DNA of 64,000 bases from positions 49,847 through 113,846 of the IMG/VR virus record IMGVR_UViG_3300035438_000194; one strand, given 5' to 3'. Below the pieces are notes generated by a model, which did not search any database, was not told the DNA's origin, and saw only the letters and a list, made by a program, of their open reading frames with translations. The translations under genes were made by a program, and so were the position numbers. How positions within the stretch are numbered: the first letter of the stretch is position 1; every line of letters begins with the position of its first letter. This document shows, piece by piece, positions 49,007 through 58,089 of this stretch. Source of the DNA: a virus.

Positions 49007-50206
49007 TCAATTAAGCTTTATCTGGGGTCCGGGCAAGTCTTTGTTTATACTCCCACGGGTAGATATTACCCATAGCATTTTGCCTCTTGGCTTTACAGAA
49101 CAATCACATTCACCATCAGTTAAGTATATCAAACAAGTATACTTATCTTGGCTATCATTATACAGTTCCAATACTGGATCAAAGTAAGTACCACCGCGTC
49201 CATGTATCTCAATCTTATCTCCTGCCTTGTATGGCCCGATATGACGGATATGTGTATCACATTGTACTACAGTAATCTCTGCACCAGTCTTATTAATATG
49301 ACCAATCTCATGGAAGAACTCTTGTACTTCCTTATCACTAACGGAACCGCTAGTATCTACAGCAACTAAGATATGCTTACGGTGTTTAATCTTAAGACCG
49401 GGGTTATCCTCAAATCTTTTATTAAACTTACGTCTAAGCTTCTTAGTAAATACTTTCTGACTACCTCCAGTAAAGCGTCTAAGATATGCTTTCCAGTCAA
49501 ACTTAGGTGGCTCTTTACTATTGAGTTTATCTAGTAGTCCTTTAAGTTCTCCAGGTACATGACCACGAGACTTCTCTACTTGTTCTGCAATCTCCTTAAG
49601 TTGATGCTCTACTTGTTTCTGTACAAGTTTCTTTTCTGCTTCACTCAGGTCATTAAATTCATCCCAGGTACTATGATCAGGAACAGGATTACCGTCACCA
49701 TAAGTTGGTTGACCTTGACCCATTGCCTTCATCATCTTCTCAAAATCACTAGTACCATTTCCTTGATCTAGCTGCTGTTGTAGTAGGTCATAATAAACTC
49801 TACAACCTGCTTTAGGAGGAAGATTCATTGGAGCAAACATCTCGTTATCAATAGTACATCCACCGTCTGGTAGATACATCTTATCAATATACTGGTTGAT
49901 CTCCAAGTCCATAGCCACATTGGCTAACTTCTTATCTGCAAAATCATCATGCATAGTAAGATGGAAGAATGCAATATGCAAGAGCTCATGTTTCAAGAGA
50001 CCAATGTGGTGCTCAGGACTCAAGCTCTCCCAGAATTCTTCATTGATTGCTAACTGGAAGTTGATGTTATGCTTAGACACACCAGCAGTTGGCACTCTCT
50101 TACTCCATAATTTATTTAAGCCAATGAGAAAGAGCCCATAAAAGGGCTCCTTTAACATCAGTTCTTTACTAGCCTTAGCTAGACTTTCTTGTTTTGTATG
50201 CTTCAT
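49007..50206 (-). CDS. Metallopeptidase-vWA protein (DUF2201-like)
   Basis: N-terminal KHELLH (HExxH) and NVAMDLEIN; C-terminal MIDAS motif DTSGS, GRGGT, LTDG. Confidence 0.85.
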   Translation of the reverse strand: MKHTKQESLAKASKELMLKEPFYGLFLIGLNKLWSKRVPTAGVSKHNINFQLAINEEFWESLSPEHHIGLLKHELLHIAFFHLTMHDDFADKKLANVAMDLEINQYIDKMYLPDGGCTIDNEMFAPMNLPPKAGCRVYYDLLQQQLDQGNGTSDFEKMMKAMGQGQPTYGDGNPVPDHSTWDEFNDLSEAEKKLVQKQVEHQLKEIAEQVEKSRGHVPGELKGLLDKLNSKEPPKFDWKAYLRRFTGGSQKVFTKKLRRKFNKRFEDNPGLKIKHRKHILVAVDTSGSVSDKEVQEFFHEIGHINKTGAEITVVQCDTHIRHIGPYKAGDKIEIHGRGGTYFDPVLELYNDSQDKYTCLIYLTDGECDCSVKPRGKMLWVISTRGSINKDLPGPQIKLN

Positions 50207-50610
50207 TTACCCTTAGGTATTAATGTTAGTTGATACTTCTCCATGAATGTAAACCCAGCAACTTCTAATTGCTTCCCTAACTCATCTGAAAATCTGTTAA
50301 TAAAGAACGCCATAGCAATAGGATCTACATTCTTATTATCGTGCAAGACGTGATACATTTGATTCCAAGTTAATGCATTACCATAAGCAATACCGGTAAG
50401 TCCTTTTATCTTTTCTACAGTAGTCTCATCAAGAGCTAGATTTCTATACCCAGCTTCTTTGTACAACATAAGGATGTACGGTAAGTTTGCCTCAACGTCT
50501 GCAGAATCAATAAGATTCTTAACTACAACCATGTTCTCTTTATCTAGAGATGTTGCCATAGACAACAAGTTCTTATATGTTACTTCATCAAGTTTAAATA
50601 CTTCTCCCAT
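50203..50610 (-). CDS. Hypothetical protein with the helical domain shared with 44770-47015 (paralog C)
   Basis: LDEVTYKNLLSMATSLDKENMVV aligns with paralogs A and B. Confidence 0.5.
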   Translation of the reverse strand: MGEVFKLDEVTYKNLLSMATSLDKENMVVVKNLIDSADVEANLPYILMLYKEAGYRNLALDETTVEKIKGLTGIAYGNALTWNQMYHVLHDNKNVDPIAMAFFINRFSDELGKQLEVAGFTFMEKYQLTLIPKGK

Positions 50611-50615
50611 TAGTC

Positions 50616-50738
50616 TTATTTTTTAAGTAATTCTTCAAGCTTATTTTCAAATTCATTTCTCATTTCATCTTCATCAAAGACTTTATTACCTGCATCATCT
50701 ATATAATAATAGATACCTACTGTTATTTGATCTTCCAT
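50616..50738 (-). CDS. 40-aa acidic microprotein
   Basis: MEDQITVGIYYYIDDAGNKVFDEDEMRNEFENKLEELLKK; TAATG-coupled. Confidence 0.55.
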   Translation of the reverse strand: MEDQITVGIYYYIDDAGNKVFDEDEMRNEFENKLEELLKK

Positions 50739-51079
50739 TAGTCTTCTATCTTTAAAGTTTTTAACATCCATATCGGAGGGTTATTCATATTAGTGATCCA
50801 CTCCTTTGCACTTGGTAGATAACCATTGCAATCTTCTTTTACATGCTGCTCGCCTACATAGCGAGTCATAACTTTCTTACCCTTAGAGTTAATGAAAAAG
50901 GGTCCGAAGACCCTCTCGCATTCAAAGATACCTTCACTGTGGTGCCTAAACAATCTATGCATACTGTGACCATACCACCCTTTAGTTTCATCGAACCAAT
51001 TATGAATATGGAGATATTCTTCAGGTTCACCGCCCCACTTCTTAGCAGAGCTTCTACAATGATCATATGGATGCGCCAT
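50738..51079 (-). CDS. DUF6915-like His-rich protein
   Basis: MAHPYDHCRSSAKKWGG...HNWFD...HRLFRHH...EQHVKED. Confidence 0.6.
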   Translation of the reverse strand: MAHPYDHCRSSAKKWGGEPEEYLHIHNWFDETKGWYGHSMHRLFRHHSEGIFECERVFGPFFINSKGKKVMTRYVGEQHVKEDCNGYLPSAKEWITNMNNPPIWMLKTLKIED

Positions 51080-51438
51080 TATTCTCCCCAATCTATGTTT
51101 ACAAGATTAACAGAGCTATATGCATCAGCAAGTTCTCTTACATAACCATCAACATTTATTGTTGGCTCATCATCCTCAAAACTAATATGTACAGCACCGT
51201 AACCACCATCATTATTATACCAGTCGTATTCATAATGATCATGAAGTATGCGATAAGCTAGGTCTTGAAGATCGCCCTCAAACCTCTCATTAAGGTCACC
51301 TCCATCTAAATTATCTCCAAAAAATTCTACATCTTCTACCTGGCCAGAGTCTCCTCCGCCATCATATCTAATCTCTACATTTGTTACACCTGCATCTTTT
51401 AATGCTGTAAATAACGTTGCTAATTTTAAACTTGCCAT
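51079..51438 (-). CDS. DUF6878-like acidic protein
   Basis: YDGGGDSGQVE...DWYNNDGGYG. Confidence 0.6.
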   Translation of the reverse strand: MASLKLATLFTALKDAGVTNVEIRYDGGGDSGQVEDVEFFGDNLDGGDLNERFEGDLQDLAYRILHDHYEYDWYNNDGGYGAVHISFEDDEPTINVDGYVRELADAYSSVNLVNIDWGE

Positions 51439-51439
51439 A

Positions 51440-51859
51440 TTACTTTTGTTTATAGAACCTTCCCAGTATGTTTGCGTTTAACCAGAAGTCTTTCTCTAGT
51501 ACTTCACACATGAACTGGTACTTTACCTCTTGATAAGAAAGCTCAGTCTTAGAGTAGCATATCTTTAGGATAGTCCTTTTGATTTGTACCCCAGCCTTAT
51601 GAGCTGCCTTAAGTTTTTCATTACTACTATAGTAGTTCTGATATACAATTTTTCTTACGCGCTTGTAAGTCTTCTTACGTTTATCTGTAGACAATGCCTT
51701 CTTAGAAAGCTTTGTCTTAACATCCGCAAAGAAGTTCTTCTTGCCTATGTAGGACTTGCGTTCACCATCTAGGATAACATCCATCTGATATACAAATCCT
51801 ACAGCACCATCAGGAATCATATCCTCGGTGAATTCTTTTAATTGGTAGATCCAACTCAT
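51440..51859 (-). CDS. Small GIY-YIG family nuclease
   Basis: GFVY...YIGKK...YYSS...E...NANI. Confidence 0.65.
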   Translation of the reverse strand: MSWIYQLKEFTEDMIPDGAVGFVYQMDVILDGERKSYIGKKNFFADVKTKLSKKALSTDKRKKTYKRVRKIVYQNYYSSNEKLKAAHKAGVQIKRTILKICYSKTELSYQEVKYQFMCEVLEKDFWLNANILGRFYKQK

Positions 51860-52827
51860 TTCTTTAGTGCTTCTTTTAATAAAGGGTGTAATACTTTTCT
51901 TGTCTCAGGTATACCATAGTCTCTAACAGAATCAGATAGATCCTTAGACATTGGTAATATAACACCCGGTAAATCATACTCATCTTGATACTTCTGTGCG
52001 GCCTTAATACCAGCCTCATCATTATCAAACAGAGTACAGATTGCTTTATACTTCAACTTATACATTGACATAGCGCCATTAGGTATCAGAGTATTCTCAC
52101 TATCTGGAGCAACAACTTCAGTGTTGTAACCAAACTTAGTAAGACACATGGCATCCTTAAGAGAACTACATATAACAAGGTTAGGTACATTAAACTTCAA
52201 TTGATCAGTACCCTGAATATAATTCTTAACCTTGAAGAACTTATGCTCAGTAACCTTAGGTTGATACACCTTGTAGATAGTGCCATCAATCCTAGTATAA
52301 CCATAAAGATTAGGCCCAGATATAACAACTCTATCAGAGTTATCTTCCTTTACCATAGCATATGAATCAAGCGGTATAACATTAAAGTTTGACAGCGTAT
52401 CAGAATCAATACGGAACTGTGTCCAGAAATCTGCATCCTGTTTAGTCCAACCTCTTTTATTATACTCCCTTACTTGATACTTAGCTTGCTTCTTAAAATC
52501 TCTAAGGTCATCACTAAGTCTACCAGTAAGTATGAATTCATTATAATCACATAGTATCTTCTGAGCAGCTTGCCCAAAGTTCATATCATACATCATCATA
52601 ACAAGATCAACACCATTACCACCAGCACCAGTACTGAAGTCTTTGAATCTATACTTGTCATCTCTAACATAGATGCAGAAACTAGGAGTTCTTTCATCAG
52701 GTTTGAACAGAGATTTAATCTTCATGTCTTGACCAGTAAGTCTCTCAGATAACCTGCAGTAGAATTCAAATATCCAATAGCTTGGCACCTGTACAACATC
52801 ATCTAATAGTTGTTTAGTACTTATCAT
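51856..52827 (-). CDS. DNA primase (Toprim)
   Basis: ERTPSF...FKDFSTG..G; SSLKD; LFDNDEAG; KDLSD. Start placed at MISTKQ because the longer ORF runs through a terminator. Confidence 0.8.
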   Translation of the reverse strand: MISTKQLLDDVVQVPSYWIFEFYCRLSERLTGQDMKIKSLFKPDERTPSFCIYVRDDKYRFKDFSTGAGGNGVDLVMMMYDMNFGQAAQKILCDYNEFILTGRLSDDLRDFKKQAKYQVREYNKRGWTKQDADFWTQFRIDSDTLSNFNVIPLDSYAMVKEDNSDRVVISGPNLYGYTRIDGTIYKVYQPKVTEHKFFKVKNYIQGTDQLKFNVPNLVICSSLKDAMCLTKFGYNTEVVAPDSENTLIPNGAMSMYKLKYKAICTLFDNDEAGIKAAQKYQDEYDLPGVILPMSKDLSDSVRDYGIPETRKVLHPLLKEALKK

Positions 52828-52845
52828 AATCAAAAGTTTAGGGAT

Positions 52846-52872
52846 GAAAAAGGGGAGTAAATGTACTCCCCT
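52846..52872 (-). terminator. Intrinsic terminator
   Basis: Minus strand AGGGGAGTA-CATT-TACTCCCCT followed by a T run, downstream of the SSB-like gene. Confidence 0.7.
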
Positions 52873-52893
52873 CTCCATCAATAATCAAACTTA

Positions 52894-53577
52894 TTATAAC
52901 TCAAAATCAGAACCCACTGAAGATGAAGTAGTTACGTTTGAATCACCAAATGATTGAACCGGTTCTACTTTCTTTCTTCTAATGTGTTGCTCCTCATCAA
53001 AGGTTACAACTTGACTTGGTTTAACTCCAGCTGCCTCATATGCATAAGACCCTCTAGAAGTTCTTGGGAAATACAAATCAAAGTTTGTATAACCTTGCTT
53101 GTTGGTATACTCACTACCTGCAATACAGCAGTATAGTTGTTTACCAGCAAACGGTTTGTCACTAGCAAACTGTGCAAACAAACTCTCCATAGTATCATGG
53201 TTGTTGTTCTGTGCTAGCAACCAGTCATTGCAACCAAATGCTTTACACAATGTTTGCAATGCTCTTAGCAACTCAACGTCACGCTTTACAGCAACACCAG
53301 ACTTAGTAGTGCCATCAGAGAATGCATACTGTGATAACTTAACAGAAGCTACCTGACCTTTATGGCGTCCCAAAGACTCATCATCTTTGTTAACCCAGAA
53401 ACCTTCAAAGGTCTCACCCATATCAGGACCCTCTACACCAAGAACTACATTGATAGCATCCTTGTTGTAAGGTGGAACTTCTAGTTTAACTGTATTAACG
53501 GTTACAGTATGATTACCTGGTTGTAGAACTTTGGGTACTCCTGACCCTTCGCCTGGGATGTTAATTGTGCTTATCAT
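52894..53577 (-). CDS. Putative single-stranded DNA-binding protein
   Basis: Beta-rich; acidic/aromatic C-tail (SDFEL); next to the Sak4-like ATPase; followed by a terminator. Confidence 0.5.
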   Translation of the reverse strand: MISTINIPGEGSGVPKVLQPGNHTVTVNTVKLEVPPYNKDAINVVLGVEGPDMGETFEGFWVNKDDESLGRHKGQVASVKLSQYAFSDGTTKSGVAVKRDVELLRALQTLCKAFGCNDWLLAQNNNHDTMESLFAQFASDKPFAGKQLYCCIAGSEYTNKQGYTNFDLYFPRTSRGSYAYEAAGVKPSQVVTFDEEQHIRRKKVEPVQSFGDSNVTTSSSVGSDFEL

Positions 53578-53590
53578 TTTTTCTTAAAGG

Positions 53591-54334
53591 TTAGTCAATA
53601 TAAATTTTATTCCAGTGAGTTTGTACCTCACCCTTCTCGTCCATTTCAGAGAGAACAATCTCTTGGTTACTCAAGTGCTTAGGTCTTGCACCGCATGCGA
53701 TGTCATCACTAGTCTTGAAGCTCAAGATATTCTTCTTTCCTTTTCTGTATAAGTATCCAATAGAGTCAGAGTTTGACGCAGTAATTCTTTTCAGCTTACC
53801 CGTCAAGTCTAAGTCTAGTGAATTAAAATCAGATCCATTCTTCTCAAGAACGGTATCTTTCACGTGTCCTACCAGTATTATTCTAGGTGCCCACGTTTGA
53901 ATGTAAGCTACAACTTTAGTAAATGCTTCTCTAAGATACTGATAACCAGCACCGTTAGGTAGCCCTATGATTGTACCGTACTTAAGCTTACCATCAGTTG
54001 GCCAGTTCTTACCCATAGGGGTCTTCATGTACAACTCTTCAGCATAAGGGATACACATCTCTTCTAATGCAGTGATGGTATCTACAGCTACATAATCATA
54101 AGGATTGCCAGCATCTTTAATAGCTTTACCTACAGCCTTGATATCAGCAATTGAGTTTGCTTCAACCTTCATTGCCTCTAGATACTTAGAACCTTGCTCA
54201 AGGTCTAGTATCAAACAGTTATCAAGCTGTGATAATAGTGTAGTCTTGCCAGTCTTTGGCTTTGAAAAGATAATCAGGTTCCGAGGACTCAGTGCCTCAG
54301 CTGGAACCTTACCAGTAGGAAGTTTAATCTCCAT
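53591..54334 (-). CDS. AAA_24 / Sak4-like ATPase
   Basis: SKPKTGKTT, LDLEQG, VAVDT, ILVGH. Confidence 0.75.
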   Translation of the reverse strand: MEIKLPTGKVPAEALSPRNLIIFSKPKTGKTTLLSQLDNCLILDLEQGSKYLEAMKVEANSIADIKAVGKAIKDAGNPYDYVAVDTITALEEMCIPYAEELYMKTPMGKNWPTDGKLKYGTIIGLPNGAGYQYLREAFTKVVAYIQTWAPRIILVGHVKDTVLEKNGSDFNSLDLDLTGKLKRITASNSDSIGYLYRKGKKNILSFKTSDDIACGARPKHLSNQEIVLSEMDEKGEVQTHWNKIYID

Positions 54335-54336
54335 TT

Positions 54337-54870
54337 TTATTTAAGTAAATTATTTAACCATTCTTTCTTACTAACCGGAGACTTTGATAGGATTGCTAAC
54401 AAGTCTCTGATAGTCATGTCACTAATAGGTGCGTCATCATCACCAGTTAAGAATCCTTCTTCAAAGATATCTTTCTGTTGAACAACTTCACTCTTCTTAG
54501 GAGCATTAACTTTAATAAGTTCCTTCACAGGGATTAAGTATCTAGGTTGTACATCGTTAGTACATTCATACTCATCCTCCCAGTGTGGGTTAAATCTCCA
54601 TTTCCATAGAGTTCTTTCTGGATCTTCTGCTTCATACTCTCTACTTACAAATTCTGTGTAGATATCATACCCTCGTTTCAATTCACTAGGAAAGAAACTT
54701 ACATACAATTCATCTTTACCTTTAGGTCTGTAAGACATCTTAGGAAAGAACAATGCGCTGCTTACACCGAGTGCATCAAACAATGGTTGTTGATGATCTC
54801 TTAGATCTCCAATGCGTTGCTTTCTTTCTTCAGTTGTCATAGCCCCAGGCGGGTTTGTGCTTATTGCCAT
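54337..54870 (-). CDS. Hypothetical protein
   Basis: 177-aa ORF in the replication operon; C-terminal MTIRD...PVS.KEWLN. Confidence 0.6.
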   Translation of the reverse strand: MAISTNPPGAMTTEERKQRIGDLRDHQQPLFDALGVSSALFFPKMSYRPKGKDELYVSFFPSELKRGYDIYTEFVSREYEAEDPERTLWKWRFNPHWEDEYECTNDVQPRYLIPVKELIKVNAPKKSEVVQQKDIFEEGFLTGDDDAPISDMTIRDLLAILSKSPVSKKEWLNNLLK

Positions 54871-54873
54871 AAC

Positions 54874-55863
54874 TTATACTTTAGATCTTTTTTCTTGTTG
54901 CGGTGGAGTGGGCATCTCCGCTATGCGCATCCGAGCAAACTCTGCTCTGAAGAAACTCATGCGGTTATCACCATTCCTACACTTTAAAAAGTGTAATACT
55001 AAAACTTTATCATCCTCTATTAAGTATCTATCAGGACCATACAGTTTAATCTTCTGTTTACCTGGTCTGTTAATACCAATGAGGGTGTCTGCGTGTTGAA
55101 GCAAGGCATCTGACCCAAAGATATCAGACTCCAGTATGTAGTTACCATACTTACCGTCTTCATTTCTTTCAGGATTATCAATACCTCTGTTCAATTGTGT
55201 CAGGATGATGAAGGCTATAGGATACTTACGCTTAAGTTCCGTGATAGCTTCTCCTAAATTGTACAGAGTATCAAACTTGTCCTTTTCAAATGGGGCTTTC
55301 TTCAACAACAAAGAGTGATCTAAGGTTACAATTGTTTTGGTGTACTCATAATCTCCTGACTCGTTAGTGATCATGTTATGCTGCATATAATCAACAATAA
55401 CTTCTCTTAACTCGTTTACGGTGATAGGTTCTTCAACAATATCAATTGCTAACTTAACTCTCTCTTTAGCGTGATCATAACAAATCTGAAGGTCTTCGGT
55501 TGTTAACTTACCATCTGCACTACAGAGATACTTATAGGACTTGCCAAGTACACTACTATATTCTCTTATTGCAGAGGTACGTGCTAGCATTTCAAACTGA
55601 AACTCTAACACACGAAAACTCTCAGTGGGGTTAAGCTTGAATGCTTCTCTTACTATCTGATCTTTAATAAGAGTTTTCCCGCTACCAGGTCTTCCACCTA
55701 TAACAGTCATGGAGTGCCATTCCAGACCGTCAGTTGTAGCATCATTAAACTTATCCCAAGGTGTCTTAATACTTTTAATACTCCCCTCCATCCTACCTTT
55801 TAGGTAATGTAAGGAGTCAGCAAAGCCTTCCTTCTGATTTTTCCAGAGGTGTTGTTTAGACAT
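54874..55863 (-). CDS. dnaB: DnaB-like replicative helicase (SF4)
   Basis: GGRPGSGKT, FEM, LDH, LTQLNR, GSDALLQHAD, KCRNG. Confidence 0.85.
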   Translation of the reverse strand: MSKQHLWKNQKEGFADSLHYLKGRMEGSIKSIKTPWDKFNDATTDGLEWHSMTVIGGRPGSGKTLIKDQIVREAFKLNPTESFRVLEFQFEMLARTSAIREYSSVLGKSYKYLCSADGKLTTEDLQICYDHAKERVKLAIDIVEEPITVNELREVIVDYMQHNMITNESGDYEYTKTIVTLDHSLLLKKAPFEKDKFDTLYNLGEAITELKRKYPIAFIILTQLNRGIDNPERNEDGKYGNYILESDIFGSDALLQHADTLIGINRPGKQKIKLYGPDRYLIEDDKVLVLHFLKCRNGDNRMSFFRAEFARMRIAEMPTPPQQEKRSKV

Positions 55864-55875
55864 AAAATGTGGGGA

Positions 55876-56073
55876 TTATTCTTCTACAGATTGGATCTGC
55901 TTGACTACAAATGTATAAGATTTGTATGCAAAAACCAAGAGAAATTCAATAAAAATATATTCAATTAAACTAACTGGTACAATTAAATTATCAATCAAAG
56001 TCCAGCATACTATACTCATAATTACTGATGCTAAGACCATTAGCATTATCTTCTCAAACTTTCTTTGCGTCAT
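55876..56073 (-). CDS. Small membrane protein
   Basis: Two hydrophobic segments in 65 aa. Confidence 0.5.
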   Translation of the reverse strand: MTQRKFEKIMLMVLASVIMSIVCWTLIDNLIVPVSLIEYIFIEFLLVFAYKSYTFVVKQIQSVEE

Positions 56074-56639
56074 ACTACTTTATCAGAAAAATGTGGAGCA
56101 TCCTCTAGATCCTCACCGTTAATAATTATCTCACAGTAATTAGCAAGCTCTGAGTCCCAGGACTTATCAGTGTTCTGCTTGCGTATAAAGTACTGCGAGT
56201 TCTTCATATACATATAGTTAGCCTTCTCATAGGTGTCCACATAGTATAGAGTTGCACGTAGTATGGTATCCCAATCATACGTATAATTCTTATGGAACCA
56301 CTTGAAGGACTCTTCTATGTTCTTTCTATTCACTCTAGCAGGTTTACCACTAGGCAACTTACCCTTTGGAAAGATCATAAGGAACTTCATTATGTTATCT
56401 TCCGCAGTGTCTACAGTTGCAGCCATACCTCCGCCAGGTAAATTGCTAATAACTTCAGTACCATTTGTAGTCAACTCATACTTAGCAGTTAACAGATCAG
56501 CATTGATCAGTAACCGTAGCTCAGTATGCACATTGATACCTACATGCTGAGTCTTACGCTTGTTAGCGATGGACCACAGTATATACAAGCTGTTAGGAGT
56601 AAGTTCCTTTGCTTCTAGGTATTCAAATAGCTTTATCAT
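56070..56639 (-). CDS. Putative replication initiator/helicase loader-like protein
   Basis: N-terminal wHTH-like region; C-terminal FP...Y...YMKNSQYFI; upstream of DnaB. Confidence 0.4.
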   Translation of the reverse strand: MIKLFEYLEAKELTPNSLYILWSIANKRKTQHVGINVHTELRLLINADLLTAKYELTTNGTEVISNLPGGGMAATVDTAEDNIMKFLMIFPKGKLPSGKPARVNRKNIEESFKWFHKNYTYDWDTILRATLYYVDTYEKANYMYMKNSQYFIRKQNTDKSWDSELANYCEIIINGEDLEDAPHFSDKVV

Positions 56640-57157
56640 AGTGCGTCAATTGGATCTAAAGATACAAATGATTTAGAGAAGTTTCTCTTCTGCATCTCCG
56701 CCATAAGGTTACTCCATATAGGTAATACAGCTTTGTCTTTGATCTCCAATGCGGTACGAGCTTTCTTTACACCATGTAACATGGTAGCATGATGAGTAAC
56801 TTTTCCTCCATGTATATCATTAAGAACTCTCACCATATGTGAATAACTTAAACCAAGCTCATGACCTATCAGATAGCAACAGTGTCTTATTATAATCACT
56901 TGTGCACCACGATAACTCATATTCTTTGTGAAAGGTTTATCATCAGGATAAAGTTCCTCAGCTAGATCAATCACAACTTGAAAGTTATCTATACCAGGTA
57001 TAATAGAATGAGAATTACCTATGTACTTATCATATTTGTTTAGATCTTTCTGAATACTGTTAAAGAACTTAGAAATAACTAGGTTCAAATCATAGTTGAG
57101 CTGGGCCAAATCTTGCTTGATATTCCCTCTCAGCTTCATAACGTCTTTCTCTGCCAT
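56636..57157 (-). CDS. DnaA domain IV-like HTH protein
   Basis: RHCCYLI...LSYSHM...HHATMLHG resembles DnaA_C (R..A.Y...S...IG...DHTTV.H). Confidence 0.55.
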   Translation of the reverse strand: MAEKDVMKLRGNIKQDLAQLNYDLNLVISKFFNSIQKDLNKYDKYIGNSHSIIPGIDNFQVVIDLAEELYPDDKPFTKNMSYRGAQVIIIRHCCYLIGHELGLSYSHMVRVLNDIHGGKVTHHATMLHGVKKARTALEIKDKAVLPIWSNLMAEMQKRNFSKSFVSLDPIDAL

Positions 57158-57389
57158 ACTTTGTGTAATCTATTGGTTCTAAATGATAAAACTTACCAGT
57201 GTTGGTACACTTGGATACATCTGCCACAATATGCTTAGCTCTCTCAAGCTCAATACCGTGTTCAGATAGAGCATCATATAGACATTTGTTTTTAATATTT
57301 GTTCCTTCTATTTGAAACTCTACCTCACCAAACTTTGGATCCAGTACGAGTTTAACTTTAATTCTACCAGGATATTCTTTGTTTACCAT
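57090..57389 (-). CDS. Hypothetical protein
   Basis: 99-aa ORF overlapping its neighbours. Confidence 0.45.
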   Translation of the reverse strand: MVNKEYPGRIKVKLVLDPKFGEVEFQIEGTNIKNKCLYDALSEHGIELERAKHIVADVSKCTNTGKFYHLEPIDYTKYGRERRYEAEREYQARFGPAQL

Positions 57390-58068
57390 CTTGCTCTAGG
57401 TATTTATTAATCTTGTTCCATACATCTTCACAGTCCCACTCATCAAGGTTACCATAAGCTGCACTAGCAGGGTGTGATACCATGATCTTATAGTTGTTAT
57501 CAGGTACTAGATCAGCAAAGTCCTGAGCCTTCTTGCCCATAAACACGTAGATCAATCCCGGTTTCTCCCATATAAGACTATCAATTACTTGTGCAGTAAA
57601 TGATCTCCATAGCATCTGATGGCTACTCGGTTTATTAATAGTAGTAGTTAAGGCTGTGTTCAATAGAAGTATACCTTGATCTGCCCAACAGGTTAGATCT
57701 TTCTCTCCTATATAACCAGGTACCGCAGTCTTCTTAATAGAATCCTGTATGTACGCTAGAGACTTCTGAATAGTACCTTTACTACAACTAAATGCTAAGC
57801 CATCAGCTTGTCCGATAACAGGGTAAGGATCTTGCCCTAGTAGTACTACACGAGTGTTATCATATGGACACGCAATGAATGCATTGAACACATCTTTAAT
57901 CTGTGGAGTAAACCGTTTGTTATCTTGAGCCTCCTTGAGTAGGGTGTTTAAGATTTTGGTCATGTCATTACTTACCAAGAAAGTCTTAAGCTTATCAGCC
58001 CATCCGCTTTCTTTTAACTTATCATACAATTTGTCTTGGACTTCTTGTATATTTACTTTATCTAACAT
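57364..58068 (-). CDS. ung: Uracil-DNA glycosylase, family 1
   Basis: GQDPYP, GLAFS, QGILLLN, SHPAS, C-terminal ISW. Confidence 0.9.
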   Translation of the reverse strand: MLDKVNIQEVQDKLYDKLKESGWADKLKTFLVSNDMTKILNTLLKEAQDNKRFTPQIKDVFNAFIACPYDNTRVVLLGQDPYPVIGQADGLAFSCSKGTIQKSLAYIQDSIKKTAVPGYIGEKDLTCWADQGILLLNTALTTTINKPSSHQMLWRSFTAQVIDSLIWEKPGLIYVFMGKKAQDFADLVPDNNYKIMVSHPASAAYGNLDEWDCEDVWNKINKYLEQDGKQRISW

Positions 58069-58075
58069 AGCTTTG
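58045..58075 (+). promoter_or_regulatory. Host-type promoter (TTG-N20-TAGCTTTG) for the lone + strand gene
   Basis: Exact TAnnTTTG at 58068-58075 with TTG 20 nt upstream; ATG 14 nt downstream. Confidence 0.5.
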
Positions 58076-58089
58076 TTAAAATTATTATT

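Noticed and set aside
52828-52881. N-terminal extension MMERGVHLLPFF of the primase in the ORF track
   Set aside because: It runs through the terminator hairpin; the ATG at 52827 is more plausible.
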